From Diploschistes diacapsis (Eukaryota), in contig JALAIB010000058.1 of assembly GCA_023645945.1 (NCBI GenBank), forward strand, positions 1-38,099: DNA of 38,099 nt, read 5' to 3'. Numbering within the stretch: the first letter of the stretch is position 1; each line of letters starts with the position of its first letter. The position numbers and the translations under genes were made by a program. The notes beneath the pieces were generated by a model. That model saw only the letters and a list, made by a program, of their open reading frames with translations, was not told the DNA's origin and made no database searches. This document shows, in pieces, positions 24,643 to 34,512 of the stretch.

Positions 24643-25708
24643 TTATATGACTTCCATGATCCAGACGTCTCCTAGCCGGCTGTTGTCTTCGGCAAGGCCA
24701 CCATGCACAACTATGGCCTCTTTGCCCTTCACATCCTTCGCAACATCTGCATCGAACCAGCCTCTTGGCTGAGGAGCATCACCATCTGTCTTTATCTCTG
24801 ACCAATCCCCACCTGTAATGTCGTACGCCCACACATTTCCCAGCATCTTCCCGGCGCCCGAATGTCCAAGTGAGCTGGGGTCATGCTCGCCAAAGAGCGT
24901 TATGAGATATTTCTTGCTGTCAACCTCCAGAGGAAGCAATGCACTCACACTGCGAGCTTCTGGCCCACTCTTGCTATCCGCAGGATATGTGATAGTGGAC
25001 CATGCTTCACTGCCCAAGTCGAACACATCCACATGGCCACCCTGTTCTTTCTGCCCATCGAAGCCGTTCATACGGTACAGCTTACCGGCAGAGTACGTGA
25101 TCGATGTGCCACCTCGAGGTGGGTCTGGAGCAGCCGGAAGACTCCTCCACATCTTGGCGTTGACGTCGAAGGCCCACAGATCAGAAAGACGGCCTTGTTG
25201 GGGACAACCAGCATGGAGAAAAAGTGTGTCACTACCATCGCTTGTCATCGTGTGGTAGCTTCGAGCTGCTGGATACGGAGCTGTGGCGTCCGCAGGGGTA
25301 ATCAATTTCCACTGAGAGGTAGTTGGATTGAAGCTCCACAAGCTTCCTTTCTCTTCAATCGGAGCCATCGCTACGCCGCCGCGGCCGGAATAATAAAATA
25401 TTATGTTGTTGAGCACGATGCTAGCTGAGCCGACGCGAGGGGAAGGAGTATTGCTGGAGGTGGAGATTGTTTGGACAGTGGCCGACGCTGGCAGATATTA
25501 ACATCACGTGTGGCTTATCTGAAGTTCGCTGCTCATACACACTCTTCGAAATCTCAACTACATCGAATTGATTGTCAACCGGCTGCCGGGGCTGGAGTTC
25601 GCCACCAAAAATCCAGGCTTGGTTCTTGACGACAGATAGGGTATGGGAGGATCGCTGAAGACGCGCCGAAGACGCTAGGCGCGTCCACTTTACAGTAATG
25701 GCCGACAT
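24643..25708 (-). CDS. Kelch-repeat beta-propeller resembling nitrile-specifier proteins; exons 25708-25543 and 25487-24643
   Basis: A phase-1 intron at 25488-25542 (GTGTGT..CAG) joins LQRSSH..WIFGGELQPRQPVD to PSPRVG..YSGRGG, ARSYH, PRGG, ARSV, PRGWF, VHGG..RLGDVW: six kelch blades. Confidence 0.9.
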
Positions 25709-25896
25709 TTCATGCCAAATGACTGTACCTAAGAAAAGGCTTGGAACCGCAAGCAAGGTATATATATTATATATACACGGCACGAATTGGGCAGTGGCAC
25801 CGCTAGCTCCACGTTCAATTTCGGTCGCGGGCTGATTCCGCTGAAGAGCAGATTACTTAACACATGTCTAGTCAAACACCGCCCTGGACATGACAG
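25709..25896. promoter_or_regulatory. Compact bidirectional promoter between the kelch and ferroportin genes
   Basis: 188 bp separate the divergent ATGs, with a TA-rich tract TATATATTATATATA at about 25759-25775. Confidence 0.6.
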
Positions 25897-27633
25897 ATGA
25901 GCGACGATATTGCTGTTGCACCTTCTGGCATGGAAACGATCGGTCTTTCTACTATCAACGTAATCTCCAATGAAGGCTCAGAGACTACACGAGACTTACA
26001 AATCATTCGGAACGGGAGAAGCAGCACAAGTAGCGCCACAGCCGGAGAGCGTGCCAAGCCTAGCAGCAGGCCGGCCATCGCAGCGCCCGCTCATCATCAA
26101 GCCAGCACTGCTGACGACACATATCACAACAATGATTCTGTGCTCACAACGGGGTCCGTCGATATCCAGGAGCTCTCGGAGCGACCGATAGCCTCATCTT
26201 CTCACCCAATATCGAGACATATTACAAGTCGATTGTTCATCTCTCACTTCTTGTCGACATGGAACTCGCGGCTGTTCGAAATGGGCGCTGTGCTCTTCAT
26301 CGCCGCCATTTTCCCCGGGACGTTACTGCCAATGTCTGTGTATGCACTTGTGCGTAGCGGAGCCGCTATTATGCTATCGCCCGCCTTAGGGTCTTGGATT
26401 GATAAAGGCGATAGACTGAACGTTGTCAGAGTTTCTATTGTGGGCCAACGGCTGGCAGTTGGGACATCGTGCGGTATATTCTGGATCTTATACGAGCGAA
26501 AGGAGCTCGGAACCAAGCTGAGGATCGGCCTCTTTGTCGTGAACATGCTTCTGGCATGTATAGAGAAGCTGTGTTCAGTCATGAATCTGGTCTCCGTGGA
26601 AAGGGATTGGGTTGTGGTCATTTCACAAGACGACGATACAGCTCGGAGAATACTTAACGCTCGCATGCGCCGCATCGACCTGTTTTGCAAATTGTCTGGT
26701 CCACTCGCTATCTCCTTGATTGACGGAGCATCTACAATCGTCGCTATCATGGTTACTCTGGCGATGAACTGTACGTCAGTCCTAATCGAATACTTTACGA
26801 TTGCGGCAGTTTTCAGAATAGTTCCGGCTCTTCAACGAACGACGACTGAGAACAGCCTTACTGCTGCCGAAGACGACCCAGAGCGACTACCATCGGCGAA
26901 TGAAACCAATCGACTTTCACTGCGTGGGATTATCGACTTCGCACAGTCAGCCGCCTCCAACCTCCTTCCGCTCAACTCGATACCTTACTACTTCCAACAC
27001 CCATCATGTCTCCCCTCAATCTCCTTGTCTCTGCTCTACTTTACGGTCCTCTCCTTCTCCGGCCAAATGATCACCTTTCTCCTCGCCATTGGCTATACGT
27101 CTTTCGCTGTGGGTGCTGCCCGAGCGGTTAGCACCATTTTCGAACTCTCCGTAACCTGGATCGCTCCCAAAGTACAAGAACACATCGGTGCTGTGCGAGG
27201 CGGTATCTGGTTTTTGACATGGCAGATGATATGGCTTGCTGGGGGACTGTCCTGGTTCTTTGCCAGTGGTGAAAGCCTTACTGTAAATAAGTTCTTCGCG
27301 GCCAGCGGGCTCGTCGGCGCCGTCATATTGAGCCGTGTGGGTCTGTGGGGTTTTGATCTTTGCGCTCAGAGCATTATACAAGAGGAGGTAAATGGGCAGA
27401 GTCGGGGCGCTTTTTCCACCGTGGAGGCATCTTTCCAGAACCTTTTTGAGCTCCTTTCGTACGTAACAACGATCATCTTTTCGAAGGTAGATCAGTTTCA
27501 GTGGCCTGCTGTCATCAGCACCATTGCGGTATACGTCGCTGGAGGAACTTATATGGTATTTGTGAGGAGAAGGCGCGGGCACCTGGTACATATGCCTAGC
27601 TGTATTAAGCCGCGGCTGGAAGACAACCGCTAG
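25897..27633 (+). CDS. Ferroportin (SLC40/IREG) family MFS transporter, 578 aa, intronless
   Basis: RLFISHFLSTWNSRLFE, ERDWVVVI, NARMRRIDLFCKL.GP, LLYFTVLSFSGQM, SRVGLWGFDL..Q.IIQEEV...RG.FS.VE.S.QN.FELL; many hydrophobic segments. Confidence 0.93.
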   Translation: MSDDIAVAPSGMETIGLSTINVISNEGSETTRDLQIIRNGRSSTSSATAGERAKPSSRPAIAAPAHHQASTADDTYHNNDSVLTTGSVDIQELSERPIASSSHPISRHITSRLFISHFLSTWNSRLFEMGAVLFIAAIFPGTLLPMSVYALVRSGAAIMLSPALGSWIDKGDRLNVVRVSIVGQRLAVGTSCGIFWILYERKELGTKLRIGLFVVNMLLACIEKLCSVMNLVSVERDWVVVISQDDDTARRILNARMRRIDLFCKLSGPLAISLIDGASTIVAIMVTLAMNCTSVLIEYFTIAAVFRIVPALQRTTTENSLTAAEDDPERLPSANETNRLSLRGIIDFAQSAASNLLPLNSIPYYFQHPSCLPSISLSLLYFTVLSFSGQMITFLLAIGYTSFAVGAARAVSTIFELSVTWIAPKVQEHIGAVRGGIWFLTWQMIWLAGGLSWFFASGESLTVNKFFAASGLVGAVILSRVGLWGFDLCAQSIIQEEVNGQSRGAFSTVEASFQNLFELLSYVTTIIFSKVDQFQWPAVISTIAVYVAGGTYMVFVRRRRGHLVHMPSCIKPRLEDNR

Positions 27634-28227
27634 TAACGAGCGTTGCCATGATTCTATGGGATAACAGCGCAAGGACGAAGCATGAACCGGAGAGTCGCTT
27701 AGGTGCTGCAGCAGAGCCATCTCGCTGCCGTAGTGACGGTCGCAAGTTGTACAGTCGAATGGGTCTCGTCTGTGCTGCTGCAGGCTTTCGTCGCTATGGA
27801 CAGATCGATCGCAGAGAACACAACGGGAGCTTATAGTGTCAAAGTCTTCATACGACTATTGATTCTTTTTTCAGAAAGTGTTCAGAAGTAATGATAGTCG
27901 GAAGCGGTGAGTCGAGCAAAGAAGGACACTTGGCTATAACCGCAGTACTTTCTCACAGCAACCCGAGTCCTTGTGGAGAAACAGCTGAAGAACAACGGCA
28001 CACTGAGTATAACTTCATATGCTCGCGAGGGCGAGATTTGATACCCCTAGCTAACGGATTCATCCCGGCACGGTGGGTTTCTCTCCACCCCGAGACGCAC
28101 GTTAGGAGATTGCATGCATTTAATGCAGATTTTGGAAGTCAGATTCAAAGCTCTGCCAACTGGCCACAACTGCACCTACCACATCTATACTTCAGACTTG
28201 CTCGCTTATAGATGTGTGTAAGACTCC

Positions 28228-29670
28228 CTATCCGAGGTGCTCTTGCATGGAGGTGCAAGCTAGCTCCGATTTTACCTGATCCAGAGCTGTGAAAATCTTG
28301 TTCATTTCTATACAGTATTTGTCTGCATTGCTCTTTAACTCCTCAGCTATTAGCTTCCACTTACTAATATGCTTCTCGAGTTTTCTATTGTCCATCTGCA
28401 GCTGCTGGATAGTGATTTTCAATTCACTAGCCGTCAATGCAGCTGCTCGTCTCCTTTCCGATTGTGGCAACCCGATATTCACATTTACCAATTTCGCGAG
28501 TTACTCTGACGTTGTCCTGGTGTAGGTCGTTAATCTTTGCCACGAAACTGACTTCCTGCTTGTGAAATTCCAGAAACTTATCGAGCAGTCAGCCAAATAT
28601 CTGATTGACGAAGATGAGAAGCGCGTACAGATTCTTCCCCATTCTGCGGCTGGATTTCCGATTGTGATCAGGACATGGGCTACCTTGCTTTCACCCATTT
28701 CCATGGATCGGTTGTACCTGTCTTCGAAATGCCAGAAATGTTCTTGCAGGTGCTCTTTCCAGCTCTGTTTAACGAGGAACTGATGGAAACGTTTCGTTGG
28801 TGAGAGCTTCAAATCGAAGAGACAAAAGAGACACTGCCCAGCAGCAACAAAAGTCCGACGGAAGACAAATGAATTGCATTAAACTGGGAACGTCTCGAGG
28901 TTAATAAAATGACGTTGACAGTAGATACTTAAACCATCCGGTCCCACTAGTGATCTATTCGTCGTACTGAAAACAGAACTCGGCAAAGCCGTATTTCCTT
29001 TCAAGGTCGCCCTTATGGCAACGGTAAATATGTTCCCACCTCGCCCATACTGATGCTGTAGAATCGAAGGGTGGTCAGCCAGTCCGCAACAACTGAGCAT
29101 TTAGGAAATTGGAAAGGAGAAGCAGACGAACCGATCTATATCCCTTGCACATTAGGGTATAGAGTAACGACCGTTTATAAGCCGTATACTTGAACGATAG
29201 GTTACCCGCGGGTTTTTTTTATATAATGTGATTATATCCTGAAGTGCGCTGCGGCTTTGTATACTGCGGAAGGGAACGTTGAAAAAAAAATAACGATGTT
29301 AGCCTGTTACGTAACGGATTTAAACGACGAATTCGGTTAAAATAGTTTAATAAATTTACGATTTAAAATGGTTTATTTTTAGTGATAAAGTAATTTTACG
29401 TAATTGAATCTGTTGCTATTTATTGAATTCCTCGGATACGAGCTGGCGTTTTTATTTAATATAATTTTTTTCCGTCTGAGTTCGAGCTGGTTAAGCTTTA
29501 TTTTTTAACTTAATATTTTAAAGTTTTTTTTCTTTAATATTTCGATCTTTTTGTTGATAGAGACGAAGTCGGTATAATTATTTAAATTAACGTCGATTTT
29601 TACGGATAACGAAATATAATAATTAAAAATAATCTTAGAACGATAACCCGCGAAATCTTCTAAAATAAAC
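28228..29670 (-). pseudogene. 3' half of a probable Starship captain (DUF3435 tyrosine recombinase) gene, RIP-mutated and 5'-truncated
   Basis: Minus-strand translation across stops and frameshifts: KRQLVSEEFNK*QQIQLRKIT...YFNRIRRLNPLRNRLTSLF..NVPFRSIQSRSALQDIITLY..NPRVTYRSS..NGRYSIP*C. After an intron at 29056-29131 (GTTCGT..GCTGAC..CAG) comes RWEHIYRCHK...YGFAEFCF..E*...CQRH..FPV*CNSFVFRRTFVAAGQCLFCL...RFHQFL....WKEHL..H. This Cys/His-rich tail matches captain C-termini as I recall them. The catalytic domain itself is not visible. Confidence 0.7.
29160..29670. other. Heavily RIP-mutated tract
   Basis: Very AT-rich and TpA-rich, depleted in CpA/TpG but retaining CpG. Stops fall where W/Q codons are expected. 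Sharp right boundary near 29670. Confidence 0.85.
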
Positions 29671-30153
29671 TGGCAGGTTCGACCGGATCACCCTGATTTC
29701 TAACACCACCAAACAAAGTCTTTCAGAATCACGAGGCGCAGTGCTGAACTCCGCCCGGCATGATTGACGCCTACCTTCACTGCCTTGCCTCGCGCAAGGC
29801 ACTCGGCCACAAAATCAACTGGCTTTTTCGCAGGGAGTTAGCCTTGTATATAGAGGCATCTTCGATAAAAAAAAAACAAGGCTGACCAACCAGGGCAACT
29901 TGTCCAACGGTGAATCGCGGCGTACTGGTGCCTAACAATAATGGCAGGAAAAACATCGCAAGGGTCCGGATTCCTTGCGTTGACTGGTGCTGCATTTTAT
30001 AAATGATGGCGCAAATGCCATTCCTGTGTACATGCGTCTGGAATTTGCCACTACCTTGTGGTTCATATTGGTGCGTCCCACTCAAGCGCCCCTCCCCTCC
30101 AAGCGTCAGAAAAGCTGCGAACAACCGACTGCCTGCTCACCTCGCGCTAGCAA

Positions 30154-31656
30154 ATGACTGAAAATTCCAATCCTGGCCCAGCAAATCTTGGCTCTTTGGG
30201 GGTGCAGACTCTACTCGGCACTGCGCCCATCATTAATGTGGTCGCAGAATGGGCTTCTCTCATTCCCCTCGCCCTGCACCTCACCAACAGGCGCCAGGAC
30301 TATTCTTTGATGGGCGAACTTGCCTTGACGGGCCAGATGTCGGTCGGGCTGTTTGAAGAGTTAGGTTTCGCCAAGGGAATGGCTCGGCTGCTCCAGGAGG
30401 GATCGGATTTCCTCGATCATGCGAGTATTCGCGGTAATATGAGCCGTGAGGTATGGGATGTCAATTGGGGCAGCACCTTCCCCTGCTCGAACGGGGCCGC
30501 GTGCGCCATTGTGACCGCGTATGCTCTGCGCAAAGTGCCGGAAGTGGTCAACATAAGTGATCGCATTCATGACGAAGAGGCGGCTAGGTCGCTGGAAGCC
30601 GGAATGGCAATCGCGACTCCGTTGAGCGAGAGCTCTGCCTCGACGTCTTTGGAGAAAAGAAAAATTGAAGCTTTGGAGATAACGCTCCACGCGAGGCACG
30701 TACGGAAGTCACGAATTCCATCCAGTGGATCTCATCCAGAGATGCCACCGTCAGATAATTCCGCTCTTTCCAACAATCGCGCCGCTCGCAACCCGCACCG
30801 CCGGTACCAGCGGTTACACATTCTTGACTTCCAGCGAGCCACTCCTGACGAGCATAAGATGCCAAAGAAGACCTTCTCTTTCTTGGCACACTTGGATCCT
30901 TTTTTCTCCATCTTTATTCTTGGTATTGCTGGGCTTCTTGTCCTCTTCGGTCTATATGGCACTGCGCTTGGCATACTCGCAGGATTAATCTCCAAAGCTA
31001 TTGTCCTTTGCAGCGTTCATCTCGAGAGGCCTCCGGGCTATCTCGTTAATAACGAAGTGAGCGACGCATGCATGTTAGTAGCGACTCACCGAAATGCGAC
31101 AACTTGGTACTTGCACACTGGCGACCGAGGGATCGTAGACCATCTTCTCAACAAGCCCATGGTTGAACTTCGTTATCTCCGCACTATCTTTATCCCATGG
31201 TTCAGGTTGGGGCATATTGCGCAGCTGACTGCCATGACGTTTGTCGCCGCACAGAAAGGGTGGGACGGGGTCGCTATGGTGGTGCTTATGCTGTGCACTC
31301 GCTTGGTGAAATGGTGCTATGGGGGCGACTATCTTGCACGGCGCTGGCTAGCCCAAGAAGGGATTACCGTTCGAGTCAAAAGCTTTGACTTTGAAGGGCG
31401 AACTGCCATGATCATTGCTATTCAGGCTCTGAGCGAGAGTAATGTCACAAGATGGATGGACGATATTATCGTCCCGCATCCTCGTCGCGATGCTCTGCTG
31501 GTGGCTCTCGGAATGAGCCCTAGCGAAAATCCTGCACCTGGTCCCAAGCCGCAACTGAGTGCTTTCGATCACCATTGGGTTGAACTTCACCTAAAAAGGG
31601 TATCAGCAGCAGCAACAATTATGCTACAGGAACTCGCTAAGATGGTTGAGGATTGA
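30154..31656 (+). CDS. Uncharacterised 500-aa membrane protein with about 4 TM segments in two hairpins
   Basis: Intact intronless ORF in good start context (GCAAATG). Hydrophobic hairpins FFSIFILGIAGLLVLFGLYGTALGILAGLISKAIVLC and IAQLTAMTFVAAQKGWDGVAMVVLMLC flank a polar loop ERPPGYLVNNE..MLVATH.NA..W.L..GDRGIVD.LLNKPM. Confidence 0.85.
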   Translation: MTENSNPGPANLGSLGVQTLLGTAPIINVVAEWASLIPLALHLTNRRQDYSLMGELALTGQMSVGLFEELGFAKGMARLLQEGSDFLDHASIRGNMSREVWDVNWGSTFPCSNGAACAIVTAYALRKVPEVVNISDRIHDEEAARSLEAGMAIATPLSESSASTSLEKRKIEALEITLHARHVRKSRIPSSGSHPEMPPSDNSALSNNRAARNPHRRYQRLHILDFQRATPDEHKMPKKTFSFLAHLDPFFSIFILGIAGLLVLFGLYGTALGILAGLISKAIVLCSVHLERPPGYLVNNEVSDACMLVATHRNATTWYLHTGDRGIVDHLLNKPMVELRYLRTIFIPWFRLGHIAQLTAMTFVAAQKGWDGVAMVVLMLCTRLVKWCYGGDYLARRWLAQEGITVRVKSFDFEGRTAMIIAIQALSESNVTRWMDDIIVPHPRRDALLVALGMSPSENPAPGPKPQLSAFDHHWVELHLKRVSAAATIMLQELAKMVED

Positions 31657-31815
31657 TTCATCCAGGAACAGCACGTCAATACTACTGATTTAGCTCTTGA
31701 TAGAAGATCCTGTTTGTGTAAAATGGATGGTAAATGCTGGAATTTATTTTCCCTTTACCTGGACAAAATTGGCTATTTAGTTGAAGTGCATCACGCTGTG
31801 GGAATAACGTTGCTC

Positions 31816-34223
31816 TCAGGCAATAAGCACATCTTCGGTGAACTTGAAGGGAGGGGAGCGGAATCCTTTTATCCAATTCAAAAACGCCTTGTCATCTCCA
31901 TCTTCTGCATTTTCGGTTCTTCTTGAGTAAAGATTCTCTCTTCCAAGCACCGAGAACAGCAATCATTGTGCCTCGATACTCGCTCATTTAGAGCCGCTCT
32001 CCGCCGTAGCTTGGATGAACTAGTGCCACTCGACTGTGTTCCTGTACGTACAGTAGTGGAATGGTTTGTAGAGTAGAAACACATTGCTGGTCTGTGCAGG
32101 CCTCGGAATGCGACTTGTTGGCTCCTACCGGGTTTCAGCTTGGGGACTATAAATTCGTAGAGCATCCAGGGTGCCAACAGGCCCTTGGAAGTGATTCGGC
32201 CGACCTCGACCGTGTGGAAGTTGGGTTGTGATAGGATAGCAAGCTCTGATTAGCTCCCAACAGAGGAATTGGATGACAATAGGGGGATGCAGGCGCCCAG
32301 GATGGACCTGGCAGATCCAAACGTGGAGCACTGGACGGTAGAAACCCGGTGAATGCGAATCTCTGGTGCCTCCAAAATTGTTTCTGCGGTATCGGGCGAC
32401 TTCTCTCCCATAAGAAGACTTCCAAATCACTACATCATCTCCTGGCCTACTTGCCGGTCTATGGCTGAGAAAGCTGCCCGCTCGCTCCAGATCAAGGTAT
32501 TCTATATATGTGATGCCTCTTGCCTCATCGGCTTGTGTCAATTTTCCGGAGACAGTCTGCGGCAGGGCGTGAGGAACGGTCAAAATTAGGTTAGCAAGGT
32601 CGACTGCTCCATTCTGCAGGATATCCTTTACCAGCTCCTCGAAATGAATGGTAGCATTATTTTTGCAAAGGATTTGTATTTGATTTCGTCCTCGCATCGA
32701 TTCGAGGTATGTCCATGCTCTAACGTTTTGATCGCACACCAAGAACATTGCTAGAATCGTTTCCTTTGTCTGAATACTCAGGTCTGATATGCTGATATCC
32801 ATCAGATCACGATCACAGATTAAGGTTACTTTACTAGCGGCCAAAGTTTGATTAATGTTGTTCATGATAGCCTGTTTTCGCAGCTGGTGCTCCTCAGGAA
32901 TGCAGGGGGCATCCCACCAGTAAGAATCACGATCGGAACGTTTTGACGCCATATTGCTTGTGCAAACAACGATTGATACCACCATGAGGTCATCCTCCCT
33001 GGCCATGAGACCAGACATGCGAGATAGCCAGTGTCTTGTTGGAAGCCGTACAATACTGCAAAGGCCCTTGGCCGCTTGTCCCTTCCAAGCTAACGGCGCA
33101 AGAGCCTGATACCAAAAGGAATGAGGCTCTGTTCCAGACAAGCCTTTCGCGGGAAGTGTAATTTCGGTCATGAAGCGGATTGATCTTTTGATTATAAGAC
33201 CTATGGATCTCTGACAAGCATTCGTCTTCTGAAGATCACAAGCCATTCCGGAGCTAAGGTTGCATCTGCTAGGTTTCCCCTTCCAGACTGCCCCATACAC
33301 GGAGTGAAACCGTCCGAAATCCGTGCCCATACAGGGCTTCTGAGCCCTCAAAAGTTCGAAAGCCCAAGAGCACATATATTCGTCTTTGTCATGAAAGGCG
33401 TATCGCTTCGACGTATCGAGATGAGAAAAGCCCGGTATGACTCTTAGCGGGATTACTGAGACGCCGTAGCCCTGGTAGAAATCTCTCAGATAATTAAAAT
33501 CGTTTTCCGTGGGCCCAAAATTAAAGCATCTGGCAACGCTGCTAGGAGCACCAGAGTGCTCCTCTAATAATGAAAAAGGTAGGGCAAATCAGCTTCGTAC
33601 GCACAAGAAGTAAGTGAACAAACGATCCCAAGTAATTCTGCTGGTAGGTTGGGGTAATCTAGAATAGACTGCAAACGAACAGAACGATGATCGGTTTGTA
33701 TTAGGAGGGCACAACGAACGGCGTTGACGTTCAGTATGTTGGAAATGCGTAGATTTGGCCAGGTGCGTGCCGGTTTGCGAGATATTTTCTCCTCATGAGC
33801 CTATTTCGAATTGGAAATGTCCTTGATCAAGGTTATCTAGCAAATCCGGTAGGCTGAGCGGCTGGAGTGGCAGGCGCTGCAAGAGGTGATGGGCGCGTCG
33901 AGACATTACTAGAACTACCTTCGAAAGTAAAATGGCAGCTCACAAAGGAGGCAAGCAGTGAGTCGATATCTTGGACATGCGTCGCAGGCCTTTGAGCTCT
34001 TGCAAACAGTTGTTTACAGGGGTCCTCATATATGACGATCAGCTGTTTCCAGGTTTTATGGACAATGACCGATCCTTTTCGTTCCGCTTCGAAGCCTTCG
34101 ATCCTCATTTGAGGTAGCTTATATCCTTCAGTAAGATTAGGGATCCCCAAGCAAGAGTGAGTCCAGGACTTCTTCGACCCACTGCAGCGTGATATGAGTT
34201 GGGCCTCGCACCGGTCCCATCAT
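31816..34223 (-). pseudogene. HET-domain gene pseudogene, paralogue of 34513-37281
   Basis: YMCSWAFELLR..C.G.DF..FH; TLAISHVWSHGQGG (different frame); DSYWWDAPCIP..HQLR..AI; RAWTYLE; LSHRPASRPGDDVVIW; terminal FKFTEDVLIA*. Many frameshifts and stops. The start is approximate. Confidence 0.85.
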
Positions 34224-34512
34224 GATTCACTAACATCGAGTAAGTCTGCTATTGATCAACCACAACCTGATGGGACATGAAAATGGAGGAATGAATTCGA
34301 AACTTCAAATCCACAAATTGCTTATCATGGCCAGAACGCTGGATTCCGACGGGCAATTCATCAAACCAAAAGCGAACAATAAGCCACCTCGCCTTCGCTG
34401 GCTGCCTGGCAAGGCTCTATCTCTCATAAATTGGACGCTGACCTTCACGATATTGTTAGATAAAACAGTTTGTGAAGTTGCTGTTCTACTGAGCTCCTGC
34501 TGGTTCAAGATC

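Noticed and set aside
28228..29100. Three independent small genes (87, 103 and 73 aa)
   Set aside because: Better explained as pieces of one stop-interrupted captain-like exon and its intron.
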